Notes: generated by a model not told the origin, from the sequence alone. A stretch of 64,000 nt of DNA from Torpedo marmorata (GCA_977017645.1 OZ360223.1:224502001-224566000); one strand, 5' to 3'; shown: positions 21,217-36,068, numbered from the stretch's first letter. Made by a program: numbers and translations.

Positions 21217-24200
21217 CTACCCTTGCCAACTTTCCTTTCCATAAAAACTTCCTAATAATTGAATTTAAATCTTTAAAAAATATTTGAGGAATTTCATAAG
21301 GCATTGATTGAAAAAGATATTAAATTCTTGGAAAAACATTCATTTTAATACAATTTACCCTTCCCATTAAAGTTATAGGTAAATATTTCCAATTTTCTAA
21401 ATCTTTTTTTATTTTCATAAACAATGGTAGATAATTTAATTTATATAAATTAGCCAATTTTGTATCAATCTTTATTTTCAAATATTTAATTCCTTCTTTT
21501 GCCCATTTAAATTGTGTAATTTCTTTACATTTACTATAATCCCCTTGTGATAATGCCATAATTTCACTTTTATCAGAATTAATTTTATATCCAGATATTT
21601 CCCCGTATTCTCTCAATAAAGCAGACAATTGTACTAAAGGTGTAATAGGTTTTGTCATATATATCAATACATCATCTGCAAAGAAACTAATTTTATGTTC
21701 TTCCGTTCCAACTTCAATACATACAATTTTAACATCTTTTCTAACTAATTCTGCCAAAGGTTCTATCACTAAAGTAAATAATGCTGGTGACAAAGGACAT
21801 CCTAGTCTAGTAGATCTAGTCAGGGGAAATCTTGAAGAAATTTGTCCATTTGTAATTACTTTAGCAGATGGTTCTTTATATATAGTTTTAATCCAATTAA
21901 TAAATATAGTTCCGAAACCAAATTTCTCCAATACCTTAAATAAAAAATTCCACTCTAATCTATCAAAAGCCTTTTCAGCATCTAGCGTTAATACTAATGG
22001 TAAATCTTCCTTCTTTTTATGCACATTAATTAAACTAATTAATCTAGCTATATTATCTTTTGAATATCTATTTTTAATAAAACCAGCTTGATCTACATGG
22101 ATTAAATCAGGTAAATAGTTAGCCATTCTATTTGCTAAAATTTTTGCCATTATCTTATAATCTACATTTAGCAATAAAATAGGTCTATATGATTCAGTTT
22201 TCAATACATTTCTGTCTTTTTTAGGTATAACTGTAATTATTGCATTCAAAAATATATCCAGTAACGAATGAGTTTCCGTAATTTGTTTCAATACATCCAT
22301 ATACGGAGGTATCAATAAATCTTTAAACTCTTTATAAAATTCTGATGGAAATCCATCTTCCCCTGGAGATTTACCACTTGTTAAAGAAGTAAGAACTTCA
22401 TTAACTTCCCTCATTGAGAAAGGCAAATCCAAAAAATCCCTACTTTGAGTATTTAATTTAGGTAATGTAATTTTAGATAAGAATCTATTAATTTTAGAAT
22501 CATCTTGATCAATCTGAGATTTATATAAATTCAAATAATAATCTTTAAAAGAATCATTTGTTTCTCGAGGTTTATATGTTATTTCCCTAGAATTCTTTTT
22601 TTTTATAGCATTTATAGTTCTGGAAGTTTGATCTTTTTTTAATTGCCATGCCAAAACTTTATGTGCTCTTTCTCCTAACTCATAATATCTTTGTTTAGTT
22701 CTTTCAATTAATTTTTCCATTTTATATGTTTGTAATAAATTATAATGTAATTTTTTTTCCCAACTACATTATTCCTTTTTTGAGCTGATCTATTTTTTTG
22801 TAAATCTTTCTCCAAGCATTCAATCTCCTTCTCTAAATTGTCTACCTCCCGAAGATAATCCTTCTTAGTTTTAGCTGAATAACTTATTATTTGACCTCTT
22901 AAATAAGCCTTTAAAGCTTCCCAAATAATAAATTTATTATCAGTAGAATTAGAATTTATTTGTAAAAATTCCTGAATTTCCCTTCTCATATAATCACAAA
23001 AATCTTTTCTTTTTAGTAAAGAAGAATTAAATCTCCAGCTATATACAGTTTTCTCTTTTTCCGGAATTATACAAGATATTAATAAAGGTGAATGATCAGA
23101 AATTATTCTCGCTTTATAAGATGCTTGTGTTATTCTATTTTGAACCTGTGAAGACAATAAAAAATAAATCTATCCTAGAATATGAATCATGTCTAAAAGA
23201 ATAAAAAGAATAATCTTTTTCTCTAGGATTCAGTTTCCTCCAAATATCTATTAAATATAAAACTTTCATCAAAGTGAGAACTCTTTTAGCAATTTTAGTT
23301 TTAGCAAGTGATCTTGAAGTTTTATCCATTATTGGATCCAAACAACAAATAAAATCCTCACCAATTAAAATATTCTCATTAGCTTCTGACAAATGTAAAA
23401 AAGAATCTTGAATAAACTGTTCATCATCCGGATTTGATACAAACAAATTCATGTGTCCAAAATTCTGAATATACCTGGCAACGTATTAAAACATATCTAC
23501 CTGCCACATCTATAACTACAGATTGTATTTTAAAAGGTAACTTTTTATTGACTAATATAGCTACTCCTCTTGCTTTAGAATTAAATGAGGAAGCCACCAC
23601 TTGACCAACCCATTCTCTTTTTAATTTCTGATGTTCCGAATCTGTCAAATGGGTCTCTTGTAAAAAAGATATATCTACATTCAATTTTTTAATATACGCT
23701 AAAGTTCTCTTTCTTTTAATCGGATTATTAAGTCCATTTATATTAATACTTACTACATTTATTATCTTACTATCCATCATTACTAAATTTTATTAAATCT
23801 CTTTCGATCAAATCCACCAGCTCCTTCCTCCAAAATTGTAGTCTATTTGACATCTCCTTAAAAAGAAAAAAGAAAAGGAAAAAACAAAACCCCAATGAAT
23901 AAAATACTGGTGAAATTACCCCAGTATTACCCCCCTCCATTACTCGAGAAGTGGCCCTCGCCACTAAGGTGGTATGTGGCTAGGAAGGAGAAACAAAAAG
24001 TCCACCTCCCCCCAACAGATTTTACACAACATTTATAATCATAACTTCATTTAACTTTTTCAGAGTCCACAATATCTTGATCTTCATCAATCACGACCTC
24101 AGCCTCTTCCTCTTTTCCTGAAGTACTTGGCAAAGAAATTTGCGATGGTGAAATCTCTTGAACTTATTGATAAACCATCAAATCTTGTTCTTTCTTCAAA

Positions 24201-25399
24201 TAAGGAAGAGAATTTGCATATTGTAGCGCTTGTTGGCAGTCCGTAAAAGAAAGGAATTGATATTCTTCAGTTTGAATCTTCAAAACCGCAGGATATCTAA
24301 AAGAAAACTTATATCCCTTTTTCCAAAGAATCGCTTTTGTTGGATTAAATTCTTTCCGACTTTTAACTATAGTTGAGCTCAAATCAGGATAAAAAAAAAA
24401 CTCTTTTATCATTAACCATAAGTGGAGATTTTTTCATTTTCGCATTTTGAATAGCTGCTCTTTATATTTTTTCTCTGTCTTGATATCGAAGACATTTAAT
24501 CAGAACTGGACGTGGCCTTTGATCCATATATTGATTTTGTCTTCCAATTCTATGTGCTCTCTCCAACTCCACTGGCTTGTCTAAAGGCAGAACCTCCAAA
24601 AGCCAATTTTGAAAAAATTCAGTTATATCATATTTTTCAAAATTTTCAGGAATTCCCACAATTTTAATATTATTCCTCCGGCTTCGATTTTCCAATACAT
24701 CCAATTTCTGTAAAAGTTGATTTCTTTGTTGTTCCCAACCTGTAAATGAATCTTATATTTTATCAACTCTATCCTTATAATCCACCATTTCTTCATAATT
24801 TTCTTTAACTTCTTTATCAATTTCTTGCACTTGCATTTTCACTGCATTCGCAGTATTTTTCAGACCTTTTATATCTTGTTTCACATCTCTGATCTCATTT
24901 TCAATTACATTAAATCTAAATTGCATTTGTGATTCCATTTGTGAAATAGCTTGAAGTATTTGGTGAGTATGTCTTGCTGACTGGTCTTCCTCATTTGAGT
25001 CCTCAGGGTCTCCCTCCAGTTCTTCCATTTCTTGCTGCAGCATTTGTTTCTTTTCTTTCATTTTTTCATCAGAATCTGACGATGTTTCATGTCCCACAGC
25101 GAATTGCAACGACTGTGGGACGTCTCTTTTGCTGTCAGATCTTTGAAAATTGGTTAATTGGTCATTGTTTTACCAGTTTTTGGGGAACAGAAGATTTGCC
25201 TGTCCACAGTGGTATTATAACAGACATTGTATTCTGATTAAAAATTTTAAAAAACAAAGGGCCTACCTGCATTTGCCTGCAATTGTTACGTGGATTCCTG
25301 CTCGTCTGTTTCAAGTACATTTCTATGCATTACCAAAGCTGGTTGCAACTTCTTTTACAAGCACATCATCATTTATAATTATACCATATCAATTGTATT

Positions 25400-25890
25400 T
25401 ATCTTTACTTTTTAAATTATTTTTATTCATTTTAAACAATACAAATTTAAAAGTACAATGAAAATCCATTATGAAGTTTTATACATGGCTATTCAACAAT
25501 CGGTACATCAAAACAAGTATATAAATTGAAAAACATCCATAAATCATAGTCCAAGTAGTATATTATATTCAAACAAATGAAAGAAAAAAAGAGAGTAGAA
25601 AAAAAGAGGAAAGAGAAAAAGAAAAGAAAAAATAAAAAATCCAAACCGTTTTCCTTACCACCGTTGTATGATGTTATATATACTTAACATTGAAATAAAA
25701 GCAAAGGGAGAAAAAAAAAGGAATTAAGGAATTAAAAAAAAAAGATATAGATCAGACAGTCAAATTATGCTGAAAAATTATAGAGTGGGAAAGTGAGTCA
25801 TGATTGACCCCCACAACATCTGAAATCCTATACCTGAATTATTAACTGAATATCGAATCTATTCCATATTCAAACAGGACATGAAAAACA
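25400..25890 (-). mobile_element. 3' end of a different, degraded L1-like element
   Basis: CLNME*IRY-like ORF2 terminus followed by T-rich 3' UTR and AATAAA on the minus strand. Confidence 0.5.
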
Positions 25891-25983
25891 GTTGGGATAT
25901 AATTTTTAAGCTGGTTAATAGTTCTTTGTTATGGGCTTGTTATTGTTTATTGCAATTCAAGGTGGCACATAGAGCGGACATGT

Positions 25984-27332
25984 CAGAATCAGAATCAGAA
26001 TCAGAATTTATTGTCATGAACAAGTCATGAAATTCGGTGTTTTGCGGCAGCATCATAGTGCAAACATTCATATTATAACCATCTTACGACATTACTATAA
26101 AAAATATAAATAATAGTGCACGAAAAGTAAGGCAGTGTCTTTGGTTCATTGATTATTCAGGAATCAGATGGCAGTGGGGAAGAAGCTGTCCTTGTGCCGT
26201 TGAGTGATCGTCTTTAGGCTCCTGTACCTTTCGCCCGATGGTAGCAGAGAGAAGAGGGCATGGCCTGGGTGGTGGGGGTCTTTGAGGATAGAGGCTTTTT
26301 TTAAGACACCGCCTCTTGTAGATGTCCTCGATGAAGTGAAGTCTGGTGCCTGTGATGTCACAGGCCGAGTTAACAACCCTCTGGCGTTTATTCTTGTCCT
26401 GAGAATTGGCGTCTCCATACCAGGCAATGATGCAACCAGCCAGAATGCTCTCCACGGTACACCTGTAGAAGTTTACGAGAGTCTTCGGTGACATACCGAA
26501 TCTTCTCAGACACTTCACAAAATATAGCCGCTGGCGAGCCTTCTTTGTGATTGCATCAACGTGGAGGCTCCAGGACAGATCCTCGGAGATGTTGACACCC
26601 AGGAATTTGAAGTTCTTGACCCTCTCCACTACTGAGCCCTCGATGAGGACTGCGTCATGTTCCCCTGACTTCCTCCTGAAGTCCACAATCATCTCCTTGG
26701 TTTTGCTGACGTTGAGCTCAAGGTTGTTGTTGTTACACCATTCAACGAGCGGATCTATCTCCCTCCTGTACGCTTCCTCATTGCCGTTTGTGATTCTGCC
26801 GACAACTGTGGTGTCATTGGCAAACTTGTAGATGGAATTGGAATTGTGCCTGGCCACACAGTCATGGGTGTATAACGAGTAGAGCAGTGGACTAAGCACG
26901 CATCCTTGGGGTGCACCTGTGTTGATAATTAGTGAGGAGGAGACGTTGTTTCCAATTCGTACTGACTGTGGTCTTCTGATGAGAAAGTCAAGGATCCAGT
27001 AGCAGAGGGGGGTACAGAGGCCTAGAGTTTGTAGCTTCTTGACCAGCACTGATGGAATAATGGTATTGAAGGCCGAGCTGTAGTCGATGAAGAGCAGCCG
27101 TATGTATGAATTGTTGTTTTCGAGGTGATCCAGAGCTGAGTGGAGAGCCAGTGATATTGCATCTGCTGTGGAGTGATTGTGACGATAGACGAATTGCATT
27201 GGGTCCAGAGCTTTGCTTAGGTACGTGTTAATTCTGGCCATGACCAGCCTCTCAAAGCATTTCATCACAGTAGCAGTTAGTGCTACTGGGCGGTAGTCGT
27301 TGAGGCAACCTGCACTACTCTTCTTAGGTATC
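25984..27332 (-). mobile_element. Rex1/Babar-type LINE, 5'-truncated, RT active site mutated
   Basis: [35 protein letters not shown] (D to N); (ATTCTG)n 3' tail. Confidence 0.92.
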
Positions 27333-27334
27333 TA

Positions 27335-27680
27335 ATATGTCTGGCTTTTATCCTGATATAAGTTCTAGTTGTGATAGGTGTAAGAGAGGAGAAGCTTCCT
27401 TAATTCATATGTTCTGGACTTGTCCTAGTCTGGAAAAGTACTGGAGAGAGATTTTCAGCACCCTATCTTTAATTCTGAATACAAAATTAGAGCCGAATCC
27501 TTTGGTTGCTCTCTTTGGTACAACAGGAAAGGATGGCGTTCCTTTGTCTTCAGTTAAGAGTCATACTCTTTCCTTTGCTTCTCTTTTGGCGAGACGTGCG
27601 ATTTTGCTTAAATGGAAGGATGCTGCCCCGCCCACTCACGGACAATGGCTGGGAGACACAATTGTATTTATCTAATTGAA
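27335..27680 (+). mobile_element. L1 ORF2 C-terminal fragment (distinct family)
   Basis: CDRCKRGEASLIHMFWTC CCHC motif, ARRAILLKWK. Confidence 0.8.
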
Positions 27681-28879
27681 AAAAGTGGGTCCATTTCTGC
27701 CGTAACTTAAAGGTATTGAACTTCAATATTCCACGCCATGACAATGATAAATTCTAATTGTTAATAATTTGCAGTAAGAAAATGTTAGAATTAAGGAAAT
27801 TATATTAGATTTGACATAATTGTTTTATCTTAGATTATGAATGATTCATAAATAATTATGCTGTTATAGCAAAACAAAATAACTTGAGAAATTGGAGAGT
27901 ATTTATTTGCTTAGAAATTTATTTCTGGTTGGTAGCAGCTAACATACTTTATAGTAGCATTGGCACTTTATACCTCATTACAACAGAACGAAAATCAGAA
28001 AGAAAATATAACATGCTTATGTGTCAAATAGTGCCACTGATCAAGGATGAACTTCTCATTTAAATATTGCCTCGGTAATTTTCTAATGAAACAGTTGGAT
28101 ACAGCAGGATTAGGCTACTTGAGCCTGCTCCTCTATTTAGGAAGATCACAGCTGATCTGACTGTAACCTCCTTCTGCATTCTTATTGATCCCGACAACCT
28201 ATCTCCCACTTAGTTATCAAGAATCGATGCAGTCAATATTGTTGTCCATCCCATTCTTATTAATTCTACTAAATCTACATTTTAAAAGACCCTCCATGTT
28301 TGTATAATTCAGGATGTTTCACTTGGAGTTTTGATGAGATGGGGATAGAAAGAGAAATGGTTTACATTTGAACATTCCCCAAGTTTATGCATGTGTGTCT
28401 TCCAAGCCCAACTTTGAAATGCCAGGGTAATTCAATATATGAGGGCAATTCAATATGTAAGGGTAATTCGATATGCAAAGTGAGCACTGAGTTAAACAGC
28501 TATGGGCACTTGCATGCAATGTAATGGAATTTTAAATTGCTACTGCAGCTGTTTAATGGGCACTCCAACCACAAACTTAATAATGCCAATATTGTCATTA
28601 GTATTATTACATTCCCACCAAAATTAAAATACAGTTGGCAAGAGCATTGACGACGATAAGTGTTGCCCAAAAGAAGACTGAAAAGTTGAGCAGCATATGA
28701 AAAAGACACACTACAAGGCTATGAATGAAAATACTTTAATTAGATGAATATTTTGAATCTTTCTTGAAGTTACATTTTGCCTTGGAAAGTAAACATTTTG
28801 AGAATTTTGAAAACAATAAGATTTTATTAAGAAATAGCCTTTGTTGATTTCAAATAGCAACGGCAGAAAAATGTGATCA

Positions 28880-30690
28880 GTCTTATTGAATCATAAAGGT
28901 ATAAAGCATGAAAATAGGCCCTTAGTTGTCAAACGTGATCCTGTCTGACAAACTTGATTCAATTCTATGAAGAGGTAACAAAGTGTATTGAAGAGGGCAG
29001 GGCAGTAGATGTGATGTTCATGGGCTTTAAATTTATTTATTTTTAAAAAATATTTAGACATACAGCATGGTAACAGGCCGTTTCGAACCACGAGTCTGTG
29101 CCGTCCAATTTACACCCAATTAACCTACACCCCCGGTACGTTTCGAACGGTGGGAGGAAACCGGAACCCCCAGGGAAAACCCACGCAGACACGGGGAGAA
29201 CGTACAAGCTCCTTGCAGATGGCGTGGGATTAGAACCCTGGTCCCAATCGCTGGAACTGTAAAGGCGTTGCATTAACCGCTACGCCAACCATGCCGCCCT
29301 TTTGCAAGGTCCCATATGGCAGTCCAGTTGAAAATGCTAGGACATATGGAATGCAAGGCATGTTGGAAAACTGGATCCAAAATTAGCCTGGAGATAGAGG
29401 CTGATCAGTTTAAAAGCTTGAGTGGAGTGGGGGGGGGGGGGCTGGATTGAAAGGCCTGGAAAGAGTGGATGAGGAGAGGAGTTTCGGGTGGTGGGAGAAT
29501 CTAGGACCAATGTGCAGTGTCACCATAAAAGGACATCTATTTATAACAGATATGAGGAGAAATTTTGTTTGCCAGAAGGTGGTGAATCTATGGAGTATAT
29601 TGTAATAGACAGCTGTGGAGGCCATTATTGGATATATTTAGAGCAAAGGTTGATAGGTTCTTGATTAGTAAGGGTGTCAAAGGTTACGGGGAGAAGGCAG
29701 GAGAATTGGATCGAGAGGAAAAATATATCAGCCATGACTCAATTGGTAGAGTAGACTCGATGGGCCAAATGGCCTAATTCTGCTACTATGATAGAGGTTG
29801 TTTTTGCGATTGGTTGCCTTTGACAAGAGGTGTCCCACAAGGATCAGTGCTGGGACCCTTCTGTGTGTAATATACATTAATGATTTGGATATGGATGTGG
29901 GAGGCATGCTCAGTAAATTTGTGGACAACCTGAAGATTGGTGGAGTTGCTGACAGTGTGGAAGGTGTGTTTTAATGTGTTGGTGAAATGGGTTAAAAATT
30001 GGCAAATAGAGTTTAATCCAGACAAATGTGAGGTGTAGCATTTTGGGAATTTCAATGGCTAGAACATACACCTTGAATGGCAGCATCTTTGGGAGTATTG
30101 ATGAGAAGTGGGACTGTTGAGTACCTCCATAGATCCTATGTTTAGGAAGGCATATGGGATACTGGCCTTCGTTAGGTAGGGCATTGAATACTGAAGTAGG
30201 GAGATTATGTTTCAACTTTATAAACCTTGCTCAGACCTTCACTGGAGCATTGTGTGCAGTTCTGGTCAGCATGCTATAGGAGAGATATGATAGTCCTGAA
30301 GAAGGTGCAAAGGAGATTCACAAGCATGTTTCCTGGGATGGAGCAGTTCAGTTATAAGGAGAGAGTGGAGAAGATCGCTCTGTTCTCCCTGGAAAGTAGG
30401 AGGTTAAGAGGGGTATAGAACTATGAAGGTTATAGATAGAGTAAACTGCAGGAAAATCTTGCCCATGCTGGAGGTGAATAAAATTGCAGCTGTAGATTTT
30501 GGGTAAGTGGAAAAGATTGAAAGGGGCGATGAGGGGAACCTTCTTCACCTAGAGAGTAGTGAGTACTTGAAATAAACTGCCTGAGAAAGTGGTTGAAGCT
30601 GAGTTGTGACAGCATCCAAGATGTATCTCAATCAGCACTTGGATAGTTTAGGCAACGAAGGGTGTGGACCAAGTGGGATTGGTGAAACAG
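28880..30690 (+). mobile_element. Degraded CR1 ORF2, with a V-SINE and a second CR1 3' end nested inside
   Basis: SCLTNLI, GVPQGSVLGP-like and RPSLEHCVQFWS motifs with many disablements. Confidence 0.75.
29045..29299 (-). mobile_element. tRNA-derived V-SINE
   Basis: A-box tggcgtagcgg, B-box ggttctaatcc, V-domain ttctccccgtgtctgcgtgggtttt..ccggtttcctcccac, LINE-like tail and A-rich end. Confidence 0.88.
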
Positions 30691-30934
30691 GGAGAGGCAA
30701 AGCATGGCGGACAGAGGCAGAAGATTGACAGGTGCCAGATGAAGTGAGAGAGGCAAGAAAAATAAAGGGGTCAGGTGGAGGATGATGAGTCATACGAGGT
30801 GGAGGGAGTGATGAGAAGACAAAGGCTGTCAGTGCTGGAAAGTGCTCAGTAGTGATGGTGAGAAACATGCAATAAGGGGAGACCAGAAGGTGCAGGAGGG
30901 TAGGGGGAGGTGGGAGGGGGCAGATAGTCGAAGT

Positions 30935-31173
30935 GTTATATCAGTTAGTGCAATGCTATTACATCATCAGCAACCTGGGATCGAACCTGACATTGACTGT
31001 AAGGAGTTTGTACGCTCTCCCCGTGACCTATGTGGGATTTTTAGGAGCTCCGGTTTCATCCCACCTTCCAAAACATAAGTGGTTGGTAGAATAATTGGGT
31101 GTACAAGGGCAGCATGGGTTTCATGGGCTGGAAGGGCACTCTACTGTGTTGTATTGTTAAAATGAAAAAAAAA
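30935..31173 (+). mobile_element. Degraded V-SINE within a Penelope-like remnant (about 30700-31555)
   Basis: gggatcgaacct B-box, ctctccccgtgacctatgtggg..ctccggtttcatcccac core, A tail. Confidence 0.65.
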
Positions 31174-31699
31174 AGATTTTTTTAAAGAATCCAGTGGCAA
31201 AAGGGGAGTGGAAGGAGATGGGGCCAAAGAGGAGGGGAGATGAGAACGGATGGGGAGGTGGATGGGTGTGCGTGGGAAAGGGGATAAAAAAGGGAAGAGT
31301 GGAAGGTGTACAGAGGAAGTGAGAAGGGAGACATTAGCTGAAATTCGAAAATTCTATGTTCATATCATTTTAGGCTGTAGAATGGAATATGAGGTGTTGT
31401 TCCTCTGGTTTATGTTGGGCCTAACTCTGGCAGTGGAGAAGGCCCAGGACAGAAGGTCATGGTGGTATCGGTAGGGGAGTTAAAATGGTGTGCAATCGGG
31501 AGCTCAGGATGACCATTGCGACAGAGCATAGATGGTTTGGTCTTACCGATGCAGGGGGGAGAGAAGAGTCAGAATTGTTCCAAGTGAACTTTAGTGCACA
31601 GTGGAGGTTAGTAGCTAACTTGATAAGATTGAGGTCCTGAATAGGGAATATAGGGAGTTAGGAAGGAAGCTGAAAAACAGGACATCAAGGGTTGTAATC

Positions 31700-34600
31700 C
31701 CTTTGTAGCAAAGAGTACATTATAGAAGTAAATTTTTTAATATTTCCTTTCCTAATAAGAATTTCTCCCTCACTACAATCTTGTAACAACATATCTGGCC
31801 CTAGTTTTTCTCTTAGAAAACCTCTTAGTTGAAAATGACAAAAAAGAGTGTTATTGGGTATTCCATATTTATTCCGTAATTGTACAAACGACATCAACTG
31901 GTTCCCTTCATAACAATCTTCTATCTTCTTTATTCCTTTCTGTGACCATATGTTTAAAAATTGATTATCTTTTGTAAATGGTATAAGATTATTCTGTATC
32001 AAAGACATTTTGGGTGATATGTTTCCTTTCATCCCTATCTCATCATTAATCTTGTTCCAAGCATTAATCAAATGTTTTAACAATGGCATTTCTTTAGCAC
32101 CTATCAATAATTTTGAATTCCATTTATATATAAATTCTTCTGGTACCTTTTCTCCTATTTCTCCAAGCTCTATTCCAACCCATGCAGGTCTTACTTCACT
32201 TTCAAAAAACGAAGTAACAAATCTCATTTGTGCCGCTCGATAATAATTCTTAAAATTAGGGAGTTGTAGACCTCCCAGTTGATATTTCCATGTTAGACGT
32301 TCCATAGAAACTCTTGACATTTTACCTTTCCAAAGAAATTTTCGCACTTGTTTGTTTAAATCCTGAAAAAAAGCCTGTGGTAATAAAATAGGTATAGTTT
32401 GATACAGGTACTGTATCCTTGGAAATATATTCATTTTAATACAATTAACTCTTCCAATCAATGTAATGGGTAAATTAATCTATTTCTCCAAGTCTTCTTT
32501 AATCTTTTTAAGCAATGGTAGATAATTCAATTTATATAAATTTTTTAATTTATTATCTGTTCGAACCCCAAGATATTTTATTCCCTTATGTGGCCATTTG
32601 AACTGAGTACTTCTTTTACATAAAGTATAATCTCCCTCTGTAAGGGGCATAATTTCACTTTTATCCCAATTTATCTTATAACCAGAGACTTTCCCATATT
32701 CCTCCAATTTAAAATGCAATCTTTGCAAAGAAGTCTCAGGCTCCGTCAAATATATTAAGACATCATCCGCAAATAAACTAATTTTATGTTGCTCTTGACC
32801 AACTGTAAATCCCTTAATTGCCAAATCACTTCTAATTGCCTCTGCTAACGGTTCTATAGCTAATATAAATAAAGCTGGTGACAACGGGCATCCCTGTCGG
32901 CTAGATCTTGTTAGGCAGAACGAAGTTGATATTTGTCCATTAGTCACTACTTTAGCTTTTGGAGCATTATATAATGCTTTAATCCAATCTATATAAATCT
33001 TCCCAAATCCAAATTTCTCCAATACTTTAAACAAAAAGTCCCATTCTAGTCTATCAAAAGCTTTCTCTGCGTCTAGTGCCACTGCTACACTTAGTACTTT
33101 TCTTTTTTGAGCTAAATGAATAATACTAAGTAACCTTGCTACATTGTCAGCTGCTTGTCTCTTTTTTATAAAGCCTGTTTGATCCATGTTTACTAATTTT
33201 GGCAAAATTTTTGTTATCCTATTAGCCAAGATTTTCGCCACAATCTTATAATCTGCATTCAATAATGAAATTGGTCTATATGATGAAGGTTTCAGAGGGT
33301 CTCTATCTTTTTTTGGTATTACTGTAATTATTGCAGTAGAAAAAGATTCTGGAAGTGTATGAGTCACAGACGCTTGTTGTAACGTATCCATAAAAATAGG
33401 AATTAATAATTCCTTAAATTCTTTATAAAACTCTGGTGGAAAACTAACCTCCCCCGGTGCTTTATTACTTTGTAATGAACTCATTGCATCTTTCACTTCC
33501 CTCTGCATAAATTGGGTGCTTAATTCTAATCGCTCTTGCGTACTTAATCTTGGTAAATTTATCTGTGATAAATATCCATCAATTTTACTATCATCTTGCA
33601 GAGATTCTGATTTGTATAAATCAGAATAGAATTTTTTAAAAGAATCATTTATTATTTGAGGTTTATAACTAATAACATCAGCCTCAGTTTTAACTGCATT
33701 AATTGTTCTTGATGCCTGTTCTGTTTTTAATTGCCATGCTAATACTTTATGTGAGCGTTCACCTAACTCATAGTATCTTTGCTTGGTTCTTGTAATAGTC
33801 TTCTCCGTTCTATAAGTCTGTAACATATTATATTGAAGTTTTTTATTAGTTAATTGTCTACGTTTATCTACAGAGTTCCTCTTTTGTAAATCCTTTTCTA
33901 GAATCGTTATTTCTTTTTCTAATTGGTCTATTTCTCTCATATAATCCTTTTTAATTTTTGAAGAGTAACTTATGATTTGACCTCTTAAATATACTTTCAA
34001 AGTTTCCCATATTACAAATTTATCAGGCACGGAGTTTAGATTTGTTTCACAAAATATCTGAATTTGCCTCCTTATAAAATCGCAAAAGTCTATTCTTTTT
34101 AATAATAAAGGGTTTAATCTCCATCTATATATCGACTTTTCTTTATCATGTACAACAACTGTCATCAATAAAGGTGAATGGTCAGACAGGATTCTTGCTT
34201 TATACTCTGCTTCTAAAATTCTATCTTGCAATTGAGCTGAAACTAAAAATAAATCAATTCTGGAATAAGAGTCATGTCTGCGAGAGTAAAAAGAAAAATC
34301 TTTATCCCTAGGATGAATTCTTCTCCAAGCATCAATCAAGTTTAAATCATTCATTAATACCAACGTAGCTTTTGCTGCCTTAGTTCTCTTCACTCCTCTT
34401 GTAGACTTATCTAAAACCGGATCTAAACAAAAGTTGAAGTCTCCCCCTATTATAATATTCTCATGCGCTTCTGCTATGTTGAGAAAGGTCTCTTGAATAA
34501 ACTTATCATCATCCGTATTGGGAGCATATATATTCAAAAAAGTCCAAAATTCTGAATATATCTGACAGTGAATCATTACATATCTCCCTGCAGGATCTGT

Positions 34601-36068
34601 CACAACATTCTGAATTATAATTGGAAGATTCTTTTTTATTAAAATTGCCACACCTCTTGCCTTGGAGTTAAATGAAGAAGCCGCTACATACCCCACCCAG
34701 TCCCTTTTTAATTTCAAATGTTCTTTCTCTATTAAATGCGTCTCTTGTAAAAAAGCCACATCAACACCTAATTTTTTTAATATATGCTAGTATCCTTTTC
34801 CTCTTAATTGGTCCATTTATCCCATTAATATTAAAATTCAAGAATCTTACTATATTACTCATTTTAGATTATATTTCATTCCTTCTAATGTTACCTCTTC
34901 CAGCCCAGACCCCTAACTCTCTCCCTTTTACTTCATTCTTCAATCTCCATCGCATCAGCATGTGTCCCCCCCAGCAATCCATACAGACAAAAAAGAAAAA
35001 ATATACAATTAAAGAATACAATCCCCCCCTTCCACAAAAATGAAAAAATAATCTAACTATATCCCCTCTAGCGCTTTTGAAATATACAGTGCTAACCCCC
35101 TCTATTTTACGGGCCACGACTTCATAAATCTAGACAAAGATGGGAGCAAGATCTTAACGTTACAATTGATGAAAAAAGATGGTCGGATTTATGTCAAGAT
35201 AGTATGACTAATACTGTTAATGTAAGATATAGATTAGTACAGTACAATTTTTTACATCAATTATACCTTACACCACAAAAACTGAATAAGATCAAATCTA
35301 CATTATCAAATAGGTGTTTTAGATGTGGCGAAGTGGAGGGAACTTTTCTACATTCAACATGGTTATGTTCTAAAGTTAAATGTTTTTGGATAGAGTTAGG
35401 GAACTGGTTAAAGCAAATTACAGGTGTTACATTTCCACAGAATCCTGATTTATTTTTATTAGGAAATGTGGAAGGAACTAGACCAAAGTTGAAGTTATCT
35501 ACATGTCAATTGAAATTTGTAAAAATTGCTTTAGCAGTAGCAAGGAAGTGTATAGCAGTAACTTGGAAATCAGATACAAATTTAAGCATGGATAGATGGA
35601 ATTCAGAGATGCGGAGCTGTATTCCTTTGGAAAGAATAACATATAATACGAGAAACAAATATGGGATATTTTTGCAAATTTGGCGTCCATATATCCAATC
35701 ATTAGGTATGAATATTTGAATGTGTTGCTCTACATCCTGGACCCTATTGACTCTCTCAAACTTAAAGAATAAATATTGTTGAATACCACGCGTCGAGCTG
35801 TGGACCCAGCAGCGATCCATTCAGTTGTTTTTGATAAGAAATATCAATGCCTTCTTTTCTATTTTTCTTTTAGTTTTTAGTAAGGGGAGGGAGTTAAAGG
35901 GAGGGGAAGGGTGGAGGGTGGGCAACTTTATAGAGGGTGGGTTAAGTAATGGGTTAGATACACTGTAATACAAATTATGTCTTTTACATACTGGAATTAA
36001 TAATGTATACTACGTATGTTGTATTACTGTGAGAAAATTTAAAATTTAAAATAAAATATTTTTAAAAA
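31700..36068. mobile_element. L1 with 5' inversion (minus 31700-35117, plus 35118-36068)
   Basis: 13-bp TSD aagggttgtaatc at 31687-31699 and 36069-36081; ORF2 reads ...MYSLLQR on the minus arm and resumes LHKSRQRWEQ on the plus arm. Confidence 0.93.

Larger units (their letters stand above)
13010..25215 (-). mobile_element. Older near-full-length L1 (ORF1 and ORF2 disabled), split by an L1 insertion and a solo LTR
   Basis: ORF1 remnants about 24050-25200 (ENRSRRNNIKIVG, ERAHRIG, FYPDLS); ORF2 from 23778 (NINGLNN, LQETH, SDHSP, FADD) to 13254; multiple frameshifts. Confidence 0.93.

Noticed and set aside
29215-29299. tRNA-like sequence with A and B boxes
   Set aside because: It is the head of a V-SINE, continuous with the V-domain; not a tRNA gene
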